From the NCBI GenBank assembly GCA_944386385.1, contig CALXAV010000005.1:1914-65913 (forward strand): DNA of 64,000 nucleotides, written 5' to 3'. Positions within the stretch are counted from its first letter, which is position 1, and each line of letters opens with the position of its first letter. The DNA comes from an uncultured Clostridia bacterium (lineage in GTDB: Bacteria; Bacillota; Clostridia; TANB77; CAG-508). This document shows, piece after piece, positions 29,901 to 37,560 of this stretch. Made by a program: the position numbers and the translations under genes. Under the pieces are notes generated by a model, which was not told the origin of the DNA, ran no database searches, and saw only the letters and a program-made list of their open reading frames with translations.

Positions 29901-32900
29901 AAAGAGGAGAAGAAGTTAGAAGAGTTAGATGTAGGAGAAAAAGAATATATAAAGGAAATAGGAAGAAGAACGTGGGAGTTCTTTAACACCTATTTAACTC
30001 AGGAAAATAATTATTTAATTACTGATAATTATCAAGAAGATAGGAAAGAAAAAATTGTTCCAAGAACTTCATCAACAAATATTGGGCTATCACTTCTTGC
30101 TGTAATTTCAGCAAATGACATTGGTTATATTGATAAAGAAAAAGCATTAGAATTATTAAGTAATATGTTATTAACAATAGAGAGTCTTCCAAAATGGAAT
30201 GGACATCTATATAATTGGTACCAAATCGAAACAAAAGAACCTTTAATACCAAGATATATATCAACTGTAGATAGTGGTAATTTTGTTGGCTATCTTTTTG
30301 TAGTTAAATCATTTTTGAAAGATATGTTAAATGAAGAAAAAGAGAAAAATCGAGAAACAGAAAAAAATGAGGATTTAAAAAATCTAATATCATTAGTGGA
30401 TAGATTAATAAAAAATACAGATTTCTCAGTATTATATAACAATGAATTACAAATATTTTCAATTGGATTTAATGTAGAAGAAAATAAGTTAACAGATTCA
30501 TATTATGATTTATTAGCATCAGAAGCAAGACAAGCAAGTCTTGTTGCAATTGCAAAAAAAGATGTACCATCAAAACATTGGAATAGTTTAAGTAGAACAA
30601 TGACAACTTTAGGAAAGTACAAAGGACTGGTTTCTTGGTCAGGTACAGCTTTTGAATATTTAATGCCAGATATAAATATACCTAGATACAAGGGAAGTCT
30701 TCTTGATGAATCTTGCAGGTTTATGATAATGAGCCAAAAAGAGTATAGTAAAAAATTAAATATACCTTGGGGAATTTCAGAAGCAGCTTTTAATGTAAAA
30801 GATTTAAAATCAAATTATCAATATAAAGCATTTGGAATACCATGGCTAGGACTTAAAAGAGGTTTAGCAGATGAACTAGTTGTATCTAGTTATGGAAGTA
30901 TTTTGGCAATTAATGATTGCCCGATAGAAGAAATTCAAAACTTAAAAAGATTAGAACAAGAAGGAATGTTCGAAAAGTTTGGATTTTATGAGTCAATAGA
31001 TTATACGCCAGAAAGGGTAGAAAAAGGAAAAACTTTAAGTATTGTAAAAACTTATATGGCACATCATCAAGGATTAATACTTCTTTCAATAAATAATTTA
31101 TTTAATAATAAAATACTTCAAAAGAGATTTATGGAAAATCCAGAAATAAAAGCAGTAAGTATATTATTACAAGAAACAATGCCAGAAACGGGAGTTATAA
31201 CTAAAGAAAAGAAAGAAAAAGTAGAAAAGTTAAAATATAAAGATTATGAAAATTATATAAAATTAGATTATAACAAAATAGATGAGAGGTTAATTACAGG
31301 AAATGTTATTTCAAATGAAGATTATGTTATAGCAATGAATCAAAAAGGAGAAGGTATAAGCAAGTATAAAGATATTTATATAAATAGATTCAAGCCGACA
31401 GATGATTATTCTCAAGGAATATTCTTTGTTATGAAAAATATAAAAACAAAAAGAATGTGGAGCTCTAATTATTTGTTTAATGACAAAAAAGAAAATTACA
31501 AAGTGAGTTTTATGCCAGATAAAAATGAACAAGAAATATTAGAGGGAAATATAAAAACAAAAATAAGAACAACAATTAGTTCAAATGAGCCAGTAGAATT
31601 GAGAAGGATAACATTAGAAAACCAAGGAAATGAAGAAGAAATAATAGAAGTAACAGTATATTTTGAACCTGTTTTATCAAAAAAAGAAGATGATTATGCA
31701 CACCCTGTATTTAATAATTTGTTTTTGAAAACTAAATATGATGAAGAAGTAAATAGTTTAATTATAAAAAGAAAGAAAAGAGAAAAGAATGCAAGAGAAA
31801 TGTATTTAATGACAGGGTTATCCACAAATTGTGAAACAATTGGGGATTTGGAGTATGAAATTAATGAGTCGAAGTTTATTGGAAGAGGAAATTTAGGAAT
31901 TCCGAACATGATACAAAATTCTATACCATTATCTAAGAAAATAGGTTTAGTGACTGAGCCGATTGTTGCTATGAAGAGAACTATTAAAGTAAAGCCACAA
32001 GATAAAGTTGACATTGATTTTATATTAAGTGTTGGAGAAGACGAAAAACAAGTAAAGCAAAATCTAGAAAAATATAAAATATATGAAAATGTGAAAAAAG
32101 AATTTGAGTTATCAAAAGCAAGAGTAGAAGCAGAAAGTAGATATTTAAGAGTAAAGGGAAAAGAAATTGCAATATACCAAAAAATATTGTCTTATATAAT
32201 TTTTGATAATCCAGTTAAATCAGAAAAATTAAAAAGAATAAATCCAGGAGAGTATAAACAAAGTAATCTTTGGAAATATGGAATATCAGGAGATTTACCA
32301 ATAATACTTGTTAAGATAAGAGACGTAAATGACGGGTATATTATAAAAGAGGTTTTAAAAGCATATGAATTTTTTAGAACGAAAAATGTAGATACCGAAA
32401 TTGTTATTTTAGATGAGGAAAGACATAGTTATGAAAATTATGTAAGAGAAGAAATAGAAAATGAGATATTAAATAGACATATGTCATATTTGAAAAATAT
32501 AAAAGGAGGAATTTTTACACTCGTAAAAGGAGAAGTAGATAAAAAGGATATATGTTTATTAGAATTAATTGCATGTGTTACTGTTGATGGAAGAAAAGGT
32601 GGATTAGAAAACAATATAAGAGACTTAGAAGAAGAGTATTTAGATAAATATAAGTTGGTCAATGAAAGTGAACAAAATGTAATAATGCAAGAGGATAATG
32701 ATGAAGATATAGATGTACTAAAAAATAGTGAAAGGCTAAAATACTACAATGAATATGGCGGATTTTCTGAAGACGGAAAAGAATATTTAATAAGAGTGAA
32801 TAAGGAAAATAGACTTCCAAGTGTTTGGTGTAATATCCTAGCAAATGAAAAATTTGGAACAGTTGTAACTGAAAATATGGGAGGATATAGTTGGTTTAAA

Positions 32901-35123
32901 AATAGTAAATTAAATAGAGTAACGGCTTGGGATAATAATCCAAGTTTAGATGTACCAAGTGAAATTATATATATGAAAGAGGAAAATGGAAAAGCATGGT
33001 CTTTAGGATTAAACCCAATGCCAGATAACAGAAACTATAATATTGTATATGGATTTGGATATGTAAAATATATACACAAAAGTTCTGGCATAGAGCAAGA
33101 AATAGAAACATTTGTGCCAAAAGAGGATGCATGTAAAGTGAGTATTTTGTGCTTAAAAAACACAACTCCAAATAAGAAGAAATTTAAATTATATTATTAT
33201 ATAAAACCAGTTCTTGGAGAAGATGAAATAAAAACAAATGGATATTTAAATGTAATTTTAGATGGAAATAATAATCTTGTATATGCTAAGAATTTATATA
33301 AAAGAGAAGAAGAAGATTATTTCATATATGTTTCTTGTAGCGAGAAAATAGAATCTTTTACAGGAGATAAAAACTCATTCTTAGGGGCAGGAGGACTTTC
33401 AAATCCACAAGGATTAAAAAAGGTAAGATTAAATAATGATTCTGGACTAGGTAAAAAGCCTTGTATGGCGTTTGTTGTTGAAGTAGAACTTGAAAGTTAT
33501 GCAAGTAAAGAGATATCTTTTCTCTTGGGAGCTGATGAAAGCTTAATTGATTGTAAAAATGTAGCTTATAAATATAGTAAATTAAATAATTGTAAACAAG
33601 AATTACAAATTACTAAAAATAATTGGAAAGATATTTTGGGAAGGTTACAAGTTTATACTCCTTTAGAGTCTACAAATATATTATTAAATGGTTGGATAAC
33701 ATATCAAACAATTGTAAGTAGACTTTTAGGAAGAAGCGGATATTATCAATCAGGAGGGGCGTTTGGATTTAGAGACCAACTTCAAGACACTTTAGGTTTA
33801 AAATATTTGGATACAAATATCATGAAAAATCAAATATTAAAACACAGTAGACATCAATTTTTAGAAGGAGATGTAGAACATTGGTGGCATGAAGAAACAA
33901 TGCGCGGTATCAGGACAAGATTTTCTGACGACTTACTATGGATTGCCTTTGTAACAATAGAGTATATTAAATTTACAGGAGATAGAAGTATATTAGATAT
34001 AGAAACGCCATATTTAAAGGGGGATGTATTACAAGAAGGACAAGATGAAAGATATGATAAATATATAGAGTCTGAAGAACAAGGAACTATATATAATCAT
34101 TGTATAAGAGCAATAGAGAAATCATTAAATTTTGGAGAAAATGGTCTTCCTAAAATTGGTTCTGGAGACTGGAATGATGGATTTAGTACTGTAGGTAATA
34201 AAGGTAAAGGTGAAAGTATTTGGCTTGGATTTTTCTTATATGATATTTTAGATAATTTTATTACTATATGTAATGAAAAAGGTGATGAAGAACTGGGAGA
34301 AAAATATGAAAAAATAAAACAAGAATTAAAAAAAGCATTAAATACAAAAGGTTGGGATGGAAGATGGTATAAAAGAGCATATATGGATGATGGAAATATA
34401 TTAGGTAGTATGGAAAATGAAGAATGTAGAATTGATAGTATTGCACAAAGTTGGGGTGTTATCTCAAATGCAGGTGATAATGATAAAAAATATATTTCTA
34501 TGGAAAGCTTAGAAAATCATTTAGTTGATAAGGAAAATGGAATTATTAAATTGTTAGACCCACCTTTTGAAAAAAGTAAATTAGAACCAGGTTATATAAA
34601 AGCATATCTACCAGGAGTAAGAGAAAACGGTGGACAATATACACATGCAGCGATATGGGTTATTATTGCAGAAAGCATGCTCGGTTTTGGAGATAAAGCA
34701 TTAGAGTTTTATAGAATGATTAATCCAATAGAACATTCAAGGACTAAAGATGCATGTAATAAATATAAAGTAGAACCATATGTTATAGCAGCAGATATTT
34801 ACGGACAAGGAAATCTTGTAGGACGTGGTGGTTGGACTTGGTATACAGGTTCTAGTAGTTGGTATTATAAAGCAGGGATCGAATATATTTTAGGATTAAG
34901 AATAGAAAATGGTTATATGACAATTGAACCTTGTATTCCAAAAGATTGGAAGGAATATCAAATACAATATAAATGGAAAGATAGTATTTATCATATTAAT
35001 GTTAAGAATCCAAATGGGAAGAATATGGGAGTTACTAAAGTACTTTTAGATAATAATGAAATAGAGAATAAAATAAAATTAGATGGTTCAAGAAAGATTT
35101 ATCATATAGAAGTGATATTATAA
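26994..35123 (+). CDS. Giant (2709 aa) cyclic beta-1,2-glucan synthase-like protein: membrane glycosyltransferase region plus GH94 glycosyl phosphorylase-like C-terminal region
   Basis: TTG start after AAGGAG and multiple TM segments. DADTD-type GT motif (IITLDADTD). C-terminal GH94-like stretches (GGAFGFRDQLQD, GDWNDG, GGQYTHAA) as in NdvB/Cgs and cellobiose/chitobiose phosphorylases. Confidence 0.8.
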   Translation: MKVNKILKIDGTPLDKTQLENHLQKIASSHNLIGKSAKNTYPVPHLLESFKVIQEVYNLLNEHLKLGISIHPAGEWLLDNLYVIEECVKQIEKELTLKRYTSFLGIANGKYQGFARIYVLASEIVAYTDNRIERKDLESYLASYQTKKTLSMEEIWNIGMFLEIAIIENIREVCEKIYISQMEKYKAENIVERLVENKSKQEQVFKNNTFKKVEKNVLNDMQYSFVEYMSYILKRYGKKGYSYLKALEETIELTGTTVSEIIKKEHFDIAVRKVSIGNSITSIKKIQRINFLEIFEKINGVEELLKKDPSHIYEKMDSKTKEYYRNKIKEISKKTKISEIYITRKLLEISSKNEGKGKKSHIGYYLIDEGIEELYNILGYKKKSSINVKEKVKIYITLVLVFSLVLSFYLANMLNNNINSWAILIISWMLFFIPASEIVNQVISYVLSKVVKPKLIPKLDFSKGIDKENSTMVVIPTIVNSKEKVKELIEKLEVFYLANKSDNIYFCLLGDCTESDKKEESFDLDVIEEGKKDIEISNRKYESNSKIPIFNFIYRKREWNEKEGSYLGWERKRGMLSQFNEYLLGNISNPFRENTIENYENREEIKEELKSIKYIITLDADTDLILDSAFGLVGAMAHILNRPEINKKTNIVTAGYGIMQPRVGINLEVSNYNLFTKIFAGAGGIDSYTNAISDLYQDNFKEGIFTGKGIYDLKVYSKVLKDQIPENTVLSHDLLEGCYLRCGLVSDIMLMDGYPTKYNSFMNRLSRWIRGDVQIVKWISSKRHLNILSRYKILDNIRRSLLEISIVLSGIFTMIIGKIYNKSVYAILIGLLVVAIIPFILEFLNYIVFKKNGEKKQKTFTPKISGIKGGLIRGILTLGCLPYKAYISLKSILTSIYRIIFSHKHLLEWTTSEEAEKQAKEDLFSYIRQMIVNIVLGFICIFSGNIFVICLGLLWIMTPVFMWYISRKKKEEKKLEELDVGEKEYIKEIGRRTWEFFNTYLTQENNYLITDNYQEDRKEKIVPRTSSTNIGLSLLAVISANDIGYIDKEKALELLSNMLLTIESLPKWNGHLYNWYQIETKEPLIPRYISTVDSGNFVGYLFVVKSFLKDMLNEEKEKNRETEKNEDLKNLISLVDRLIKNTDFSVLYNNELQIFSIGFNVEENKLTDSYYDLLASEARQASLVAIAKKDVPSKHWNSLSRTMTTLGKYKGLVSWSGTAFEYLMPDINIPRYKGSLLDESCRFMIMSQKEYSKKLNIPWGISEAAFNVKDLKSNYQYKAFGIPWLGLKRGLADELVVSSYGSILAINDCPIEEIQNLKRLEQEGMFEKFGFYESIDYTPERVEKGKTLSIVKTYMAHHQGLILLSINNLFNNKILQKRFMENPEIKAVSILLQETMPETGVITKEKKEKVEKLKYKDYENYIKLDYNKIDERLITGNVISNEDYVIAMNQKGEGISKYKDIYINRFKPTDDYSQGIFFVMKNIKTKRMWSSNYLFNDKKENYKVSFMPDKNEQEILEGNIKTKIRTTISSNEPVELRRITLENQGNEEEIIEVTVYFEPVLSKKEDDYAHPVFNNLFLKTKYDEEVNSLIIKRKKREKNAREMYLMTGLSTNCETIGDLEYEINESKFIGRGNLGIPNMIQNSIPLSKKIGLVTEPIVAMKRTIKVKPQDKVDIDFILSVGEDEKQVKQNLEKYKIYENVKKEFELSKARVEAESRYLRVKGKEIAIYQKILSYIIFDNPVKSEKLKRINPGEYKQSNLWKYGISGDLPIILVKIRDVNDGYIIKEVLKAYEFFRTKNVDTEIVILDEERHSYENYVREEIENEILNRHMSYLKNIKGGIFTLVKGEVDKKDICLLELIACVTVDGRKGGLENNIRDLEEEYLDKYKLVNESEQNVIMQEDNDEDIDVLKNSERLKYYNEYGGFSEDGKEYLIRVNKENRLPSVWCNILANEKFGTVVTENMGGYSWFKNSKLNRVTAWDNNPSLDVPSEIIYMKEENGKAWSLGLNPMPDNRNYNIVYGFGYVKYIHKSSGIEQEIETFVPKEDACKVSILCLKNTTPNKKKFKLYYYIKPVLGEDEIKTNGYLNVILDGNNNLVYAKNLYKREEEDYFIYVSCSEKIESFTGDKNSFLGAGGLSNPQGLKKVRLNNDSGLGKKPCMAFVVEVELESYASKEISFLLGADESLIDCKNVAYKYSKLNNCKQELQITKNNWKDILGRLQVYTPLESTNILLNGWITYQTIVSRLLGRSGYYQSGGAFGFRDQLQDTLGLKYLDTNIMKNQILKHSRHQFLEGDVEHWWHEETMRGIRTRFSDDLLWIAFVTIEYIKFTGDRSILDIETPYLKGDVLQEGQDERYDKYIESEEQGTIYNHCIRAIEKSLNFGENGLPKIGSGDWNDGFSTVGNKGKGESIWLGFFLYDILDNFITICNEKGDEELGEKYEKIKQELKKALNTKGWDGRWYKRAYMDDGNILGSMENEECRIDSIAQSWGVISNAGDNDKKYISMESLENHLVDKENGIIKLLDPPFEKSKLEPGYIKAYLPGVRENGGQYTHAAIWVIIAESMLGFGDKALEFYRMINPIEHSRTKDACNKYKVEPYVIAADIYGQGNLVGRGGWTWYTGSSSWYYKAGIEYILGLRIENGYMTIEPCIPKDWKEYQIQYKWKDSIYHINVKNPNGKNMGVTKVLLDNNEIENKIKLDGSRKIYHIEVIL

Positions 35124-35128
35124 TTTGC

Positions 35129-35157
35129 TTGATAATTCACATAAAAAGGAGTATAAT
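35129..35157 (+). promoter_or_regulatory. Near-consensus sigma-A promoter (TTGATA-17-TATAAT) directly upstream of the GC-rich island
   Basis: TTGATA at 35129-35134, a 17-nt spacer, TATAAT at 35152-35157. The GC-rich sequence begins ~8-10 nt downstream. Confidence 0.6.
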
Positions 35158-35164
35158 AAGAAGT

Positions 35165-35855
35165 ATAGCTACTTTGGTAGCTTGGCAGAAAAAGGTGCTT
35201 TAGAGAAAGGACGATGATGGAAGTACCTAATAGTGTTAGGCGGAGCAAGATTGCTCCCAAGTTCAAGTTCGACAATCCGACCAGGCGGAACCATCTGAGC
35301 AAGAAAGGTGTAAACGGTTGGGGCAACCAAAGGTTTACGAGCGATGATTGTCCGAAGGCCTTTAACGGAATCTTTATTCGTGAAGAAAAAGATTCCGAAG
35401 ATGAGACCGTGACTCATCCCTCGTACCTAATAGTCGCGTCCACAAAACCGTGGGTGCCTTTTGGCCTACGAGGCTGGAATGCTTGTGATGAGCTTGACCT
35501 CATGACGAGGAAGCTCTGGATACAGGAGCATCTCAGCGTCAGATGCGCAAGGGAGGAGGACCTTAAAGGACTGAAGGTGCCCAAAGGAAAGTTCTGGCTT
35601 GCAGAAACTTCCTTTGACATCGACGAGAACGGCGCCCACTTCGGTATGAAGTACGTCGACGATGGAGTAGTCAAGCTAGCCGAACTATGTCGTGTTCATG
35701 GTTCGGAAGCTGTTGAGACCGAAGGAGACGTCGGTGCTGGACTTCTGGCAGTGGTGACCCTTGATACAATCGTCATCAACGACTTAAAAGTACCGTCGTT
35801 GTGGGGCTAAGATCCACTAAGGCACTTTTTTGTGGGAGCTCCGTTGGGGCTCCCT
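35165..35855 (+). ncRNA. Candidate large (~690 nt) highly structured RNA of unassigned class, possibly dual-function
   Basis: ~50% GC body in a ~27% GC genome, coinciding with a promoter-to-3'-hairpin unit. It has at least 14 local hairpins, including 10-bp perfect, 10-bp with U.G, and 13/15-bp stems, plus a possible 15-bp closing helix 35189-35203/35817-35831 with two G.U pairs. See findings. Confidence 0.5.
35214..35810 (+). CDS. Alternative reading of the island: 198-aa ORF of unknown function with foreign (GC3 ~55%) codon usage
   Basis: The frame is open 35181-35810. By manual count, ~27 stop trinucleotides all fall out of frame. First-position G is ~37% and third-position A ~16%. The SD (AAAGGA) is only 2-5 nt from the ATG pair. 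No family recognised. Confidence 0.4.
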   Translation: MMEVPNSVRRSKIAPKFKFDNPTRRNHLSKKGVNGWGNQRFTSDDCPKAFNGIFIREEKDSEDETVTHPSYLIVASTKPWVPFGLRGWNACDELDLMTRKLWIQEHLSVRCAREEDLKGLKVPKGKFWLAETSFDIDENGAHFGMKYVDDGVVKLAELCRVHGSEAVETEGDVGAGLLAVVTLDTIVINDLKVPSLWG

Positions 35856-35883
35856 ACTTAATTTAAAAAAGGAAAGGTTAATT

Positions 35884-36879
35884 ATGAAAAGTAGAGATAT
35901 AAACCAACTATTAGATGGGCTGAGAAAAAATATGTTGGAATTTTCAGGTACAGAAGAAGATAAAGAAATAAAAATGGCATTATATGTAGCTATAGAGCTT
36001 GCTAAAAGTAAATCGTTTGATGAAAGATATTATCTTGGGAGTGACCAATTAGCAAAAAGAATAGTAAAACAAGCAAGAGAAGATAGTAAAAGTGAAAATT
36101 TCGAAAGAACATTAAACAAAAGAAAGCTTATATGCATTTCTATAGCAAATACATATAAAAGAATATTAAATAACCTATGTATAGATTGTGAAGTATTTAG
36201 AGTGATGAATTCGGACCATTTATATAATATTGTAACATTAAGTAATGGAAGAAAAATATGTGTTGACGTGCAAGAGGATTTATACCGTATTCATACTGGA
36301 AGAACATTAAATCATTTTTATGCATTGGGAGAAATAGACTTTTTACCAGATGACAGACTAATACCCATGCTGGTAGAATTAGGTTATACTAAAGATAAAG
36401 ATAGTTATAATGATAGAGATAATAAAATAGAAGCTGTTAGACAGAAAGTAGCAGACCTTACGCCTGATGAGGCTTTAGATGTTATATTTAGTTCTGATGA
36501 GCTTTTCCAAGGACTAGAAGAACTGGAAACTTCAGAAGCATACAGTTATTATTATGCTTTAAGGAGAGATACATTAGATAGAAAGAGATTCAAAAGAACA
36601 TATCAATTCCCATGTGCTAGATTAGACGATAATGGTGAACCTAAAGATTTCACCTTTTGTATATATGCAGATACATATGATTATAGAACAGTAAAACCAT
36701 ACTTATACTCTGAAAAAGAAGGTAGAATAATGCTATGTGATTTAATAACACTGGATAAATTACAAGATGATGGATTAAAATTAGGAAGATTAGGAGTAGA
36801 AACTAGGATTAGAAAGCTAAGAAGATACATGAAGCAAGCAGTAAAGGCAGGTAAGAGAAGAGAGGAAGAAACAAGATAA
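35884..36879 (+). CDS. Hypothetical protein, possible transglutaminase-like (Cys-His-Asp) fold
   Basis: RBS GGAAAGG before the ATG at 35884 (the track start at 35830 lies inside the island hairpin). Ordered C (LICISIANTY), H (SDHLYNIV) and D (ICVDVQED) resemble the TGase-like core. Weak call. Confidence 0.6.
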   Translation: MKSRDINQLLDGLRKNMLEFSGTEEDKEIKMALYVAIELAKSKSFDERYYLGSDQLAKRIVKQAREDSKSENFERTLNKRKLICISIANTYKRILNNLCIDCEVFRVMNSDHLYNIVTLSNGRKICVDVQEDLYRIHTGRTLNHFYALGEIDFLPDDRLIPMLVELGYTKDKDSYNDRDNKIEAVRQKVADLTPDEALDVIFSSDELFQGLEELETSEAYSYYYALRRDTLDRKRFKRTYQFPCARLDDNGEPKDFTFCIYADTYDYRTVKPYLYSEKEGRIMLCDLITLDKLQDDGLKLGRLGVETRIRKLRRYMKQAVKAGKRREEETR

Positions 36880-36880
36880 T

Positions 36881-36920
36881 AGACATACAAAAATTTGTTT
36901 TGTATGTCTATTGACTTTTT
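36881..36920 (+). terminator. Intrinsic terminator
   Basis: 12-bp stem AGACATACAAAA / TTTTGTATGTCT followed by ATTGACTTTTT. Confidence 0.65.
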
Positions 36921-36976
36921 ATGATTAAATATATATAATTAGCAAAGTTAGGAAGAGTAAAATATGGGGTGATAAA

Positions 36977-37531
36977 ATGAAAGAAGAATTTTTAAATTTG
37001 TTAAGACAAGTAAAAAGAGATGGAATAGAAGATGTAATAAACTTTTTAGAAAAATCAGACTTTTTCATAGCGCCAGCAAGTACTAGATTTCATGGTAACC
37101 ATGAAGGTGGGCTTGTAGAACATAGCTTAAAAGTCTATGAAATATTAAAACATAAAGTAGCAAATTGCATAATGGATATAGATATTCCAGATGAATCTAT
37201 AATAATTATTGGTTTATTACATGATATATGTAAAACAAACTTTTATAAAGTTGACTATAGAAACGCCAAAAATGCATTAGGAGTATGGGAAAAAGTACCA
37301 TATTATACAATAGATGATACTATACCATATGGACATGGGGAGAAATCAGTTATGATGATAACTGAATATATGAAACTAACTCCAGAAGAAAAATATGCAA
37401 TTAGATGGCATATGGGGTATACAGAGCCAAAAGAAAATTATAATGCAATAGGTGCAAGTTATACTAAATATCCAATAGCATTATTAACACATGAAGCCGA
37501 CTTAGAAGCGACTTATTTTTATGATACATAG
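36977..37531 (+). CDS. HD-domain phosphohydrolase
   Basis: FHGNHEGGLVEHSL...IIGLLHDICK...GHGEKS... Confidence 0.65.
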   Translation: MKEEFLNLLRQVKRDGIEDVINFLEKSDFFIAPASTRFHGNHEGGLVEHSLKVYEILKHKVANCIMDIDIPDESIIIIGLLHDICKTNFYKVDYRNAKNALGVWEKVPYYTIDDTIPYGHGEKSVMMITEYMKLTPEEKYAIRWHMGYTEPKENYNAIGASYTKYPIALLTHEADLEATYFYDT

Positions 37532-37560
37532 GAAAATTGATAAGAAAGAGAGAAAGTAAA

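Noticed and set aside
35102-35674. Three minus-strand ORFs (74-86 aa) across the GC-rich island
   Set aside because: Stop codons are rare in 50% GC sequence. The peptides are S/P/F-rich with no RBS. G.U pairs and the promoter and hairpin orientation all favour the + strand.
35165-35855. Island as RNase P RNA, tmRNA, an rRNA fragment, a retron/DGR template or a group II intron
   Set aside because: I found no GAGGAAAGUCC-type P4 motif, no GGGG...CCACCA tRNA-like ends, no 16S/23S signature blocks, no domain V-like hairpin or GUGYG 5' end, and no reverse transcriptase gene nearby. A formal covariance-model scan is still needed.
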